64,000 nt of DNA from an uncultured Bacilli bacterium (GTDB taxonomy: Bacteria > Bacillota_I > Bacilli_A > RF39 > UBA660), in NCBI GenBank assembly GCA_934096705.1, contig CAKOMR010000001.1:53364-117363 (forward strand). Reading direction: 5' to 3'. Position 1 is the first letter of the stretch, and the number at the start of each line of letters is the position of its first letter. The translations under genes were made by a program, and so were the position numbers. This document shows, in pieces, positions 19,692 through 29,325 of this stretch. The notes below the pieces were generated by a model that searched no databases, was not told the origin of the DNA, and saw nothing but the letters and a program-made list of their open reading frames with translations.

Positions 19692-20438
19692 ATGAAAGCA
19701 TTTTATTTAACTGATGCTGGAAAAGTACGTAGTCATAATGAGGATAGTGTAACAATACTGAAAAATCAAAGTGGTGAATATCTTTTAATGGTTGCTGATG
19801 GAATGGGTGGCCATAGAAAAGGTGAGGTAGCATCCTCTATAGCACTTACTCATTTAGGTAAAAGATTTACTGATATAGCAAGTGTCGGAACAAAATATGA
19901 TGCGGTTAATTGGCTTAATGATAATGTAAATGAAATAAATAAAAATATACTTGATTATGCAAGTGAGCATGAAGATTCTACGGGAATGGGCTCAACACTT
20001 GTAGTAGCAATTCAAACAAAAGATTATTTAATTTTTGGAAATATAGGGGATTCTTCGGGATATGTAGTTAAAAATAAAAAACTTCATAAAGTTACAAAAG
20101 ATCATACTTTAGTAAATCTTTTGGTAGAGGCTGGTAATCTAACTGAAGAAGAAGCAAAATATCATCCAAAGAAAAATGTATTAATGAGAGCACTTGGAGC
20201 TACTGAAAAAGTTGAAATGGATATATTTGATGTTGATATGAATAATGAGGGCATCATGTTATGTTCTGATGGACTTACTACAATGCTTTCAGATGATCAA
20301 ATAGAAAGGGTTTTAAATGATGAAGAGCTTGATGCAAATGAAAAAGTAATTAAGCTTATTCAAAAGTGTAATGCTAGAGGCGGATTTGATAATGTTTCGA
20401 TAGCATATTTAGAGAAAAAGGAGGCTGATAATAAGTGA
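19692..20438 (+). CDS. prpC: PP2C-family Ser/Thr protein phosphatase (PrpC/Stp)
   Basis: LTDAGKVRSHNEDS...VADGMGGH...GMGSTL...SDGL motifs. ATG at 19692 is preceded by AGGTGA. Confidence 0.8.
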   Translation: MKAFYLTDAGKVRSHNEDSVTILKNQSGEYLLMVADGMGGHRKGEVASSIALTHLGKRFTDIASVGTKYDAVNWLNDNVNEINKNILDYASEHEDSTGMGSTLVVAIQTKDYLIFGNIGDSSGYVVKNKKLHKVTKDHTLVNLLVEAGNLTEEEAKYHPKKNVLMRALGATEKVEMDIFDVDMNNEGIMLCSDGLTTMLSDDQIERVLNDEELDANEKVIKLIQKCNARGGFDNVSIAYLEKKEADNK

Positions 20439-22210
20439 TTGCTAAAGGTCAAAAAATTTCTGACCGCTATCAAATAATAAAATCAATCGGTGAAGGTGGC
20501 ATGGCAAACGTTTATCTTGCCTATGATACCATTTTAGAAAGAAATGTTGCAGTTAAAGTTTTAAGAGGAGATCTTGCAAATGATGAAAAATTTGTCCGTA
20601 GATTTCAAAGGGAGGCTTTACAAGCATCAAGTTTGTCACATCCTAATATAGTTGAAGTTTATGATGTAGGAGAAGATAATGGCGAATACTATATTGTAAT
20701 GGAATATGTTGAAGGAAAACATTTAAAAAATTTACTTAAAAAACGTGGTAAACTTACTATAACTGAGGTTGTAGATATAATGCTTCAGGTAACAAGTGGT
20801 TTATCTGTTGCTCATGATAGTTACATAATTCATCGTGATATTAAACCTCAAAATATTATGATTTTAGATAATGGCCTTGTAAAATTAACTGATTTTGGTA
20901 TCGCACTTGCAATGAATTCAACTCAGCTTACTCAGACAAATTCAGTTATGGGCTCAGTTCATTATTTACCTCCAGAGCAGGCAAGTGGTAAAGGCGCAAC
21001 GCTTCAAAGTGATATTTATTCATTGGGAATACTTATGTATGAACTTCTTACTGGAAAATTACCTTTTAGAGGAGAAAATGCTGTAGAAATCGCTTTAAAG
21101 CATTTAAAAGAAAATATTCCTAGTATTAGAAAAGAAATTCCAGATATTCCTCAATCTATTGAAAATATTATTTTAAGAGCCACTGCAAAAAATCCTAAAA
21201 ACAGATATGCAGATGCAAGAGAAATGCATGATGATTTGGCAACGTGTTTAGATGAATCAAGAAAAAATGAAATAAAAATTAGTTATAAATATCCAGAAAT
21301 CGATTTGGATGATGGAAAAATGCTAAAAATAAAAAATGAAAAAGAAAATCTTACAAAGAAGGAAAGTGATGAGATTATAGCAAAGAAAATAACCCAAAAT
21401 GATATGCGTAAACAAAATAAAACATTAGTTGTTTTGATATCAATATTTACGGGAATTGTAGTATTAATAACAAGTATTGTAGTACTTCTTCCAAGAATTA
21501 CTAAAAAAGCGCAAGTTACAGTTCCAGACGTTTCTAATATGACCGTTGCAAAAGCTAGCGAATTATTAGAAAAAGAAGGTTTTACTGTATCTCCGGAACA
21601 AATTGAGGAAGAGGATGTAAAGGTAGAAAAAGGTAATGTTATAACTACTGTACCATCACCGGGAACAAAACACAAAAAAGGTTATGAAGTAACTTTAAAG
21701 GTTTCAACAGGAAATAAATCTTTAGAAGTTGAAGATTATACAGGTAAGAACTATTTAGAAATTAAAGGAAAACTTGAAGCTTATGGAATTATAGTTGAAA
21801 TTAAAGAAGTTGAAATTGAAGCTGATTCTGAGGATGAATATGAAACTAATATGATTATGGAACAATCTGTAAAAAAAGGCGAGTATTTAACAAGCGGAGA
21901 TAGAATTGAACTTTCAATACCATTAATTAAAAACTTATATCCAGATTTTACTGATGGTATTTATACAATCGTTGATGTAATAGATTTTGTTAGAGAATAC
22001 AAACTAAATGTAAAATATTTAGATAAAGATGGAAAAACTTTATCAATTAGTGATAGTAATGCAAATGAATATAGCGATTATAAAATTATTTCTCAAAATA
22101 GAAAAGCTGGAACTAAAGTTACTGAGGGAGCACAGTTAATTATTAAAATTGATGTTTCTGAAAAAAATAATGATAGTGAAAATAAAACTTGTGACGGCGG
22201 TTTATGTTAA
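20435..22210 (+). CDS. prkC: Ser/Thr protein kinase with C-terminal PASTA repeats (PrkC)
   Basis: Kinase motifs GEGGMANVYLA, HRDIKPQNIM, DFGIA. A TM is followed by PASTA-like repeats. GTG at 20435 overlaps the prpC stop, after AAGGAGG. Confidence 0.85.
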   Translation: MIAKGQKISDRYQIIKSIGEGGMANVYLAYDTILERNVAVKVLRGDLANDEKFVRRFQREALQASSLSHPNIVEVYDVGEDNGEYYIVMEYVEGKHLKNLLKKRGKLTITEVVDIMLQVTSGLSVAHDSYIIHRDIKPQNIMILDNGLVKLTDFGIALAMNSTQLTQTNSVMGSVHYLPPEQASGKGATLQSDIYSLGILMYELLTGKLPFRGENAVEIALKHLKENIPSIRKEIPDIPQSIENIILRATAKNPKNRYADAREMHDDLATCLDESRKNEIKISYKYPEIDLDDGKMLKIKNEKENLTKKESDEIIAKKITQNDMRKQNKTLVVLISIFTGIVVLITSIVVLLPRITKKAQVTVPDVSNMTVAKASELLEKEGFTVSPEQIEEEDVKVEKGNVITTVPSPGTKHKKGYEVTLKVSTGNKSLEVEDYTGKNYLEIKGKLEAYGIIVEIKEVEIEADSEDEYETNMIMEQSVKKGEYLTSGDRIELSIPLIKNLYPDFTDGIYTIVDVIDFVREYKLNVKYLDKDGKTLSISDSNANEYSDYKIISQNRKAGTKVTEGAQLIIKIDVSEKNNDSENKTCDGGLC

Positions 22211-23049
22211 AAGGACAAATAATAAATATTAATTCAAATAGATATAAGGTTTTAGCAAATAAAAAAGAATATATATGCACCGCAAGGGGTAAATTTAGAA
22301 ATGATAAAATTACTCCTTTAGTGGGCGATTATGTTGAGTTTGATGAAAAAACTTTACAAATGAAAATAATTTTACCTCGAAAAAACTTTTTAAATAGGCC
22401 AATGGTTGCTAATGTAGACATTGCGTTAATAGTTACCAGTGTAAAAGAGCCAAACTTAGATTTGAATTTATTAGATAAATTATTAATAATAATTTATTTA
22501 AATAATATTAAACCGGTTATTTGTTTTACTAAAGTAGATTTATTAAATAATAAAGAAAATGCTGATTTTTCAAAAATAAGAGCATATTATAGCAAATATT
22601 ATGATGTTATCGATAATACTGAATTAGAAAAATTTAAAAAAATTGCTCAAGGAAAAACCACTATATTATGCGGACAAACTGGAGCAGGAAAATCAACATT
22701 CATAAATAAAATTGATCCAAGTTTAAAGCTTGATACAAATGAAATAAGTAAAGCACTTGGAAGAGGCGTTCACACCACAAGAATGGTATCCCTTTATGAT
22801 GAAGGTGGATATTTTATTTGCGATAGTCCTGGCTTTAGTAGTATTTCACTTGAATCTTTTACAAAAGAAGATATCCGTAATGGTTTTGTGGAATTTGGTA
22901 ATTACAATTGTAAATATAGAGATTGTAATCATATTAATACCGAAGGATGTCAGGTTGAAAATAACAAAGAAATATTTTTAAGTAGATATGATAATTATGT
23001 AAGTTTTATAAAGGAGTTAAATGAAAGTCGCAGTAAGTTATTTAAGTAG
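22204..23049 (+). CDS. rsgA: Ribosome small-subunit-dependent GTPase A (RsgA/CpgA)
   Basis: Circularly permuted GTPase, VDLL...GQTGAGKST...DSPGF, and a C-terminal Zn motif CKYRDCNHINTEGC. Confidence 0.8.
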   Translation: MLKGQIININSNRYKVLANKKEYICTARGKFRNDKITPLVGDYVEFDEKTLQMKIILPRKNFLNRPMVANVDIALIVTSVKEPNLDLNLLDKLLIIIYLNNIKPVICFTKVDLLNNKENADFSKIRAYYSKYYDVIDNTELEKFKKIAQGKTTILCGQTGAGKSTFINKIDPSLKLDTNEISKALGRGVHTTRMVSLYDEGGYFICDSPGFSSISLESFTKEDIRNGFVEFGNYNCKYRDCNHINTEGCQVENNKEIFLSRYDNYVSFIKELNESRSKLFK

Positions 23050-23644
23050 TAATGATTATAAAAAATGTATAGATCAAATAGAGAATAGTAAAGCTAGTTT
23101 TATTCATGTTGATATGTGTGATGGAAATTACGTTGAAACTAATAATATTGATATGAATCAAATTTTAACTCTTTTAAGTAATACTAAAAAAAAATTAAAT
23201 ATTCATTTAATGGTAAATAATCCTTTAGATTATATTGATAAACTTAAAAATTTAAATGTAGATGTAATAACTATTCATAATATTAATAATGCTATTAACG
23301 TATTAAAATATATTAAATCACTTGGCATTAAATGTGGGATTGCTATTAATCCCAATGAAGATTTAAAAAATTTTGAAAAATATTATTCAATTGTTGATGA
23401 AGTGCTTGTAATGAGTGTTATGCCTGGCAAGGGTGGCCAAAAGTTTATAGAAAGTGTACTAAAAACAATTGATAGTTTAAATTTAGTTAAAGATATGTAT
23501 CATTTTGATATAGCAATTGATGGTGGCATTAATAACGATACAGTTAACTTAATAAAAAACAAAAATTTAGATTTATTAATAAGTGGTTCATATATTACAA
23601 ATAGTGATAATTATAATGAAAATATAGATAAATTAGTATCATAA
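23021..23644 (+). CDS. rpe: Ribulose-phosphate 3-epimerase
   Basis: HVDMCDGNYV, MSVMPGKGGQKF, IAIDGGIN motifs. Confidence 0.8.
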   Translation: MKVAVSYLSSNDYKKCIDQIENSKASFIHVDMCDGNYVETNNIDMNQILTLLSNTKKKLNIHLMVNNPLDYIDKLKNLNVDVITIHNINNAINVLKYIKSLGIKCGIAINPNEDLKNFEKYYSIVDEVLVMSVMPGKGGQKFIESVLKTIDSLNLVKDMYHFDIAIDGGINNDTVNLIKNKNLDLLISGSYITNSDNYNENIDKLVS

Positions 23645-23670
23645 GGTTACAAGAAATTGTAACTTTTTTT
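23645..23670 (+). terminator. Rho-independent terminator after rpe
   Basis: ggttacaagaaattgtaac hairpin plus a T7 run. A second hairpin, aagcctattttttaggctt (23681-23700), follows. Confidence 0.6.
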
Positions 23671-23716
23671 ATAAAAATAAAAAGCCTATTTTTTAGGCTT
23701 ATAATGGTCAATATAT

Positions 23717-24063
23717 TTTCTTAAAACTAATACATTTAAGAAAAAACGTTCCCATATTTTCGTACTATTACAATCTAATATTATCATATTTTTATAAAAA
23801 TTTGTATATATTATGAAAAAATTGTCAAAATTTGGTAAAAATTTATAATATTTAATCTAAAATTGCATAATTTTAACAAAAAATTTCTAGTCAAAAAAAT
23901 GGTCAAAAATTTTTAAATTTTTTCTTTTAAATACTTGCTAAAATAGATACTTTAAAAAAAATATTTTTGAAAATTTATAGTCAGATTTTATTTTTGTATT
24001 CAATTTAACCTTTATTTATACTGAAAACTGAAAACTTTTCTTAAATGTATTAGTTTTAAGAAA
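23717..24063. repeat. Perfect 28-bp inverted repeats (23717-23744 and 24036-24063) flanking a 291-bp promoter-containing segment; candidate invertible DNA switch
   Basis: tttcttaaaactaatacatttaagaaaa at 23717-23744. Its exact reverse complement ttttcttaaatgtattagttttaagaaa is at 24036-24063. A TTGTCA-16-TATAAT element (23822-23849) lies inside, pointing toward the gene at 24097. Confidence 0.6.
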
Positions 24064-24096
24064 GATGAGCCCCGTATTTATGGGAGAAAATGCAGT

Positions 24097-26322
24097 ATGA
24101 AAAAGAAAATGTTATTTTTATTAACAGGAATAGTAATATGCTTAGCTATTTTATTCGGCTTTTATTACAATAATAAAACATTTTCCTTAAATAAAAGCAA
24201 TGCTAAAAAAAATGAAAAAATTGATAAACAAATGGCAATATTACTCAAAAGGTATGGAACTGATGAGTATTTAAATGTAGATTCAGATGAAGTTCCTAAG
24301 GGAAGCTATGTACTTAACAAAGAAAAATCAAATTGCGAAAATGGTGGTTCTGTTGTTAGTTATAATACTAAAACTGGTGCTATTGCTTTATCAATTGTTG
24401 GAAGTGATAAGTGTAATTTGTATTTTGATGAAATTGCTACTTTTTCAAGCATTTGTGCTGATGAAGACGATTTGTACACATGTTATAATAACAAGAAAGA
24501 TAAATTTACTGATATTGATTCTGTAAGTGGACCTTATGCTGGAATGTATAGATATTATGGTAAAGATGTTAATAATTATGTTAGCTTAGATGGAATGCTT
24601 TTTAGAATTATTGGCATTACTGATGAATCAAAAACGAATACAGATGTAGCTTTAAATCGAGGACAATTAAAATTAATAAAACCAGAAATAATTGATACTA
24701 CTTCTTGGTCAAATACTTTTGTTGATACGATTTTAAATAATACTAGTATTATACCATCATCCTGGACTAATAAAATAACTAAACAAAAATTTTATGATAA
24801 TGATTTGGATAATAGTGGTTATGCTCCTGGTTACACTGCTGAAATAAAACTTAGTTTAATGTATGATGATGACTTATATTATAGTGTGAAAGATGGTGTA
24901 AATTATTGCTATGGTTCAGGAACTTGTGCAAATTCATGGCTAAATTATGGTTATAACGAATGGACTGGAAGTAGAGCTGGATTTGATGGTATATGTTGGT
25001 ATATTCTTTCTATTACTGCAAATGGAAGTATTACTGATACAGAGGAAACGTCTTCTTTGGCAAGAAGAATAGTATTTTATTTAAAACCTAGTATAAAAAT
25101 TACAGGTGGTACTGGAGAAAAAGATAATCCTTATATACTTGGCGATAGTAATAAAACGTATGATTTAATTGTTCAGCCAGTTGCTCCTAAAATAGTTTCT
25201 GTAGTAGCAAATTATGATAGTACTATAACTGTTAAAGCTACAGATGAAAATGGCCTTTCAAGTTATTGTGTTAATCAAAGTAGTACAGATACAAGCTCAT
25301 GTACATGGATTAATAACACAAACACTACTTTTACAACATCTGTAATTCAAACTCCAGGAGATTATTATGTACATGTAAAAGATGTTGATAATTTAATTAC
25401 TCATTCATCCAAAATTACAATAGTTGGAGAAACATTATATCAAAGATTATTAAAAAATGTTCCGAATGGACTTAACACAACAGTTAATTATGGAATGTAT
25501 CGTTTTGTTGGTAATATTACAGATGACGATACATCAAATGCTGGAAAACTTGATAATTATATTTGCCTTGGAGCATATGATAAAGCAACATGCGTTTCAG
25601 ATCCAGATAAATATATGTATAGAATTATTGGCCTTGTAAAAGAAGATAATACGGGAACTAAACATGAAGAGGGAGAAATAAAAATAATTAAATATACTAA
25701 AGTCGGCAAATATCATAAATGGTCCGGTGGAACTATGAATAATGATGGTTTTATTAATCAAAATAATTATTTAGATTCATCTTTATGGACTGGACGTGTA
25801 CTAATTGGAACTAGTCCCTGTAATGCTACAACAGCTGACAATAGATGTACTATTACTTGGAGTCAAAGTACACTTAGATACTCAAGTGGTACTGATTATT
25901 CATTAAATGGTCCATCAAATTCATTTTTAAGTAGTATAAATTTTAAAGACAAAATAATTAGTGTTAAATGGCATAATCCTAAGTCGACTACTTATTCAGT
26001 AGATACTGAGTATTCTAGCACTAATATTGGAAACACTAACTATATAGGCCTACTATATGAGAATGATTATAAACAAGGAGGTTCTTGGCTGAATAAGTCT
26101 GGCTATACACTATATAATTATGGGCTATACTATAATGGTTCATACCATTTCAAAGTTGGAACTACTCCGTCTTCAGTGGATGATTATTATCTATGGCTTA
26201 AATCAGATGGAAAATGGGATACATATGGACATAATTATGTTAAACCGGTATTTTATTTGAATAGATATACTACATATAAATCAGGGAGTGGTACTTACGC
26301 TGATCCATTTATAATCAATTAA
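24097..26322 (+). CDS. Large secreted/surface protein (741 aa), paralog of the 730-aa and 487-aa surface proteins, with two C-type-lectin-like end modules
   Basis: N-terminal TM/signal and Y/N/T-rich sequence. The Cys-bracketed module NKEKSNCENGG...GSDKCNLYFDE is shared with the 42948 ORF. Modules ending RIVFYLKPSIKITGGTGEKDNPYIL and VKPVFYLNRYTTYKSGSGTYADPFIIN parallel the VR end of the 51446 ORF. Confidence 0.5.
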   Translation: MKKKMLFLLTGIVICLAILFGFYYNNKTFSLNKSNAKKNEKIDKQMAILLKRYGTDEYLNVDSDEVPKGSYVLNKEKSNCENGGSVVSYNTKTGAIALSIVGSDKCNLYFDEIATFSSICADEDDLYTCYNNKKDKFTDIDSVSGPYAGMYRYYGKDVNNYVSLDGMLFRIIGITDESKTNTDVALNRGQLKLIKPEIIDTTSWSNTFVDTILNNTSIIPSSWTNKITKQKFYDNDLDNSGYAPGYTAEIKLSLMYDDDLYYSVKDGVNYCYGSGTCANSWLNYGYNEWTGSRAGFDGICWYILSITANGSITDTEETSSLARRIVFYLKPSIKITGGTGEKDNPYILGDSNKTYDLIVQPVAPKIVSVVANYDSTITVKATDENGLSSYCVNQSSTDTSSCTWINNTNTTFTTSVIQTPGDYYVHVKDVDNLITHSSKITIVGETLYQRLLKNVPNGLNTTVNYGMYRFVGNITDDDTSNAGKLDNYICLGAYDKATCVSDPDKYMYRIIGLVKEDNTGTKHEEGEIKIIKYTKVGKYHKWSGGTMNNDGFINQNNYLDSSLWTGRVLIGTSPCNATTADNRCTITWSQSTLRYSSGTDYSLNGPSNSFLSSINFKDKIISVKWHNPKSTTYSVDTEYSSTNIGNTNYIGLLYENDYKQGGSWLNKSGYTLYNYGLYYNGSYHFKVGTTPSSVDDYYLWLKSDGKWDTYGHNYVKPVFYLNRYTTYKSGSGTYADPFIIN

Positions 26323-26324
26323 AA

Positions 26325-26352
26325 AATTGTAAGAATTAACTTACAATTTTTT
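26325..26352. terminator. Bidirectional terminator between convergent genes
   Basis: aaaaaattgtaagaattaacttacaatttttttt. Confidence 0.55.
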
Positions 26353-26973
26353 TTATAATTTTCTATAAAGCCCAATTGCTATACCAAGTATTTTACAATC
26401 AGGTAAAATAATAGGGGACATTGTGTCATTTTCTGGTTGCAGTCTTATATGTCCATTTTCCTTATAAAATCTTTTTAATGTAACTTCATTTTCAAGAGTC
26501 ATAGCAACTACAATTTGTCCATTATGAGCACTATTTGTTTTTTTTATTATCACGTAGTCATTGTCATAAATTCCTGCATTAATCATACTTTCTCCGGAAA
26601 CATGTAATGTAAATACTTCTTCATTTTTAGGTATTAAACTTGCAGGTAAATCAAAAAATTCATTTGGTGTTTCAATTGCTGTAATAGGGGAACCTGCAGT
26701 AATTTTTCCAAGAAGCGGTACTTTAACAACATCTTCATTTCTTTCATCATATTCATTTTCTACGAGCAATGATATAGTTCTAAATTTATTATTTGTTGAA
26801 GTAATGTAACCTTTATTTTCTAAATTTTTTATATGAACAAACACTGTTGCTGGACTAGAAAGGTTAACACCATCGCATATTTCCCTTATAGTAGGGGAAT
26901 ACCCATATTTTGCGTTATATTTTTTTATATATTCTAAAATGTCATTTTGCCTTTTGGTTAATTTTTTATCCAC
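26353..26973 (-). CDS. lexA: LexA repressor
   Basis: N-terminal wHTH LTKRQNDILEYIKKY...GYSPTIREI, and a C-terminal S24 peptidase with GESMINAGI...VVAMT..EVTLKRF (Ser/Lys dyad). GTG start is preceded by AAGGAG. Confidence 0.9.
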   Translation of the reverse strand: MDKKLTKRQNDILEYIKKYNAKYGYSPTIREICDGVNLSSPATVFVHIKNLENKGYITSTNNKFRTISLLVENEYDERNEDVVKVPLLGKITAGSPITAIETPNEFFDLPASLIPKNEEVFTLHVSGESMINAGIYDNDYVIIKKTNSAHNGQIVVAMTLENEVTLKRFYKENGHIRLQPENDTMSPIILPDCKILGIAIGLYRKL

Positions 26974-27001
26974 TTTTTATCTTTCTCCTTTTGATATTTT
27001 A

Positions 27002-27078
27002 ATTTTACAATAGAAGTTGTAAAATGTCAAACAAATGTTTTTATTTTAATTGACACGAACAATTATTTGTATTAAAAT
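27002..27078. promoter_or_regulatory. Divergent lexA / small-ORF promoter region with a putative LexA (Cheo-like) operator
   Basis: Minus-strand TTGACA(27026-27031)-18-TAAAAT(27002-27007) for lexA. Plus-strand TTGACA(27051-27056)-16-TAAAAT(27073-27078). AAAC-aaat-GTTT (27029-27040) resembles GAAC-N4-GTTC and overlaps the lexA -35. A CGAACA half-site lies in the plus-strand promoter spacer. An 8-bp inverted repeat ttttacaa/ttgtaaaa is at 27003-27024. Confidence 0.4.
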
Positions 27079-27095
27079 TAAAAATGAAAGAGGCG

Positions 27096-27245
27096 ATGAT
27101 TATGTTAAAAAGATTATTTAAAAATTATGGAGTTATTTTATTATTTTATTTATTCTTAGTTTTATGTGTTTTTCTATTAAATGCAAGATACTCCGTACTT
27201 AATTCTCGCAGTGTTAAAAATATTTCTTATGTGGTTAATAATTAA
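27096..27245 (+). CDS. Small single-TM protein (49 aa) divergent from lexA; candidate SOS-induced cell-division inhibitor analog (YneA/SosA-like)
   Basis: Not in the ORF track because it is under 60 aa. ATG at 27096 lies 4 nt after GAAAGAGG. Sequence MIMLKRLFKNYGVILLFYLFLVLCVFLLNARYSV.... Its position between lexA and tkt matches the B. subtilis yneA locus. Confidence 0.3.
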   Translation: MIMLKRLFKNYGVILLFYLFLVLCVFLLNARYSVLNSRSVKNISYVVNN

Positions 27246-27292
27246 GTTTATTTTATAGGAAATTTATGATAAACTATAAAATAGGAAGTGAA

Positions 27293-29278
27293 ATGATGGC
27301 AGTAAAACCTAATGATATAGTTAATAATATTAAAATGCTTGCTCTTGATATGATAAATGATGCAGGAAGCGGACATCCAGGTGTAGTAATGAGCAGTATG
27401 CCGATTCTTTATGCATTATATAATAATGTAATGAATATTGTTCCGAGTAAACCTAATTGGATGAATCGTGATAGACTAGTCGTATCTTGTGGTCATGCAA
27501 GTGCAGCATTATATGCGATGCTTTATTATGCTGGCTATGATTATTCTATTGAAGATTTAAAAAGGTTTCGTGATATAGATTCATATGCGCCTGGCCATCC
27601 TGAACTTAATACTTTAATGGGAATTGAGTGTAGTACTGGACTTTTAGGCCAAGGTGTTGCAAATGCTGTTGGAATTGCTCTTGCTGAAAGGTATTTTGAA
27701 TCATTAGCAAGAAATGTAAATAGTAAGTTAAGTTTAGTTGACTATTACACTTATGTTTTATGTTCTGATGGAGATTTAGAAGAAGGTATAAGTTATGAGG
27801 CATTATCATTTGCAAGTGCTCAAAAATTAAATAAGCTAATTGTTATTTATGACGCAAATAAAGTAAGTATTGATGGTGATATTTCTAAAACGTTTACCGA
27901 AGACATTGAATCAAGATTTGACGCATTAGATTTTAATATAATTAATGTAAAAAATGGTAGTAATATTTCTAGTATAACGGATGCTTTAAAAGAAGCAAAG
28001 AAAAGTGATATGCCATCGCTTGTTATTGTTAATACTATTTTAGGCGATGGACTAAATGATGCAGGAACAAGTAAAGTTCATTCTGGCATAATTGATAATG
28101 AAGAAATGGTTTCTTTAAAGCAAAAATATAATATACCTTTAGAACCGTTTAGTTATGATGAAAAATATCGAAATATTGTAATTAATAATATTGTAAGTAG
28201 GATGGAAAAAACTTTTGATAAGTGGAAAATTATTTATGATATAGCACTTCAAAGTAGAGATAATAATTTAGTAAGTATGATAAACTTACTTGAAAAAGGA
28301 GAGTTTATTGTAGACTTTGATTCTACTAACTATCAAATTAATGATAAATATTCTGAAGAAGGCAGATTATCTAATCAGAAAGTTATGAATTTTATCGCTC
28401 CAAAAACTAAATTCTTTTTAGGAGGTAGTGCAGATTTATTTAAATCTACTAGATGTTTATTAACAAAGGATACTTTGATGTCTGATATAGATCCATTAGG
28501 AAGAAATATTGAGTTTGGTGTAAGAGAGCATGCCATGGGAGCAATTCTAAATGGAATGGCCCTTTCAGGATTAAGATGCTTTGGATCAACTTATCTGGCT
28601 TTTGCGGATTATTTAAAACCAGCAATGAGGATGAGTAGTATGATGAGTTTACCAGTTACTTATATTTTTTCACATGATAGTGTTAGCATTGGTGGTGATG
28701 GCCCAACTCACGAACCTATTGAGCAACTATCAATGCTTAGAACTATTCCAGGCATGGTAACATTTAGACCAGCAGATATTAACGAAATAATTGGTGCATG
28801 GGAATATATATTAAAAAATAAAACTACAGTATCTTTAGTAATAAATAAAGATAATACCAGTATTTTGAAACATACCAATGGTAAATATGTTAAATATGGG
28901 GCTTATATAGTAAGAAAGGAAAAATATCATTTAGATGGAATAATTGTTGCTACGGGATATGAAGTAACTATAGCTTTAAAAATTGCGGAAGAATTATTTA
29001 ATGAGGGTATTGATTTAAGAATTGTATCTATGCCTTCGATTGAATTATTCTTAAAACAAAATCCTGTTTATGAAGAAAAACTTTTACCTAAGGATGTTAT
29101 GACTTTTACTTTAGAAGCTGGTTCAACTTTATTATGGAATAGGTTTGCTACAAATCATAAATGTGCTTTGGGAATTGATACGTTTGGTGCTTCGGGAAAG
29201 AAAAACGATGTTTTGAAGTTTTTGGGATTTGATTATAATACACTAATTATGAAAATTAAAAATATGCTCGAAAAGTAG
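27293..29278 (+). CDS. tkt: Transketolase
   Basis: DAGSGHPG thiamine-diphosphate motif, GHAS..LYA, EDGPTHEPIE-like GDGPTHEPIEQL. ATG at 27293 follows AGGAAG. Confidence 0.9.
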   Translation: MMAVKPNDIVNNIKMLALDMINDAGSGHPGVVMSSMPILYALYNNVMNIVPSKPNWMNRDRLVVSCGHASAALYAMLYYAGYDYSIEDLKRFRDIDSYAPGHPELNTLMGIECSTGLLGQGVANAVGIALAERYFESLARNVNSKLSLVDYYTYVLCSDGDLEEGISYEALSFASAQKLNKLIVIYDANKVSIDGDISKTFTEDIESRFDALDFNIINVKNGSNISSITDALKEAKKSDMPSLVIVNTILGDGLNDAGTSKVHSGIIDNEEMVSLKQKYNIPLEPFSYDEKYRNIVINNIVSRMEKTFDKWKIIYDIALQSRDNNLVSMINLLEKGEFIVDFDSTNYQINDKYSEEGRLSNQKVMNFIAPKTKFFLGGSADLFKSTRCLLTKDTLMSDIDPLGRNIEFGVREHAMGAILNGMALSGLRCFGSTYLAFADYLKPAMRMSSMMSLPVTYIFSHDSVSIGGDGPTHEPIEQLSMLRTIPGMVTFRPADINEIIGAWEYILKNKTTVSLVINKDNTSILKHTNGKYVKYGAYIVRKEKYHLDGIIVATGYEVTIALKIAEELFNEGIDLRIVSMPSIELFLKQNPVYEEKLLPKDVMTFTLEAGSTLLWNRFATNHKCALGIDTFGASGKKNDVLKFLGFDYNTLIMKIKNMLEK

Positions 29279-29325
29279 TTAATTCGACATATTTTTTTTA
29301 TGATGTTTGTTAATATTAACATGAA

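Noticed and set aside
21283-21675. 130-aa minus-strand ORF
   Set aside because: It is antisense inside prkC. It is spurious.
23681-23700. Second hairpin after rpe (aagcctattttttaggctt) as a minus-strand terminator for a hidden gene
   Set aside because: No minus-strand gene or recognisable ncRNA lies to its right before lexA. It is treated as part of a tandem terminator or insulator ahead of the putative inverton.
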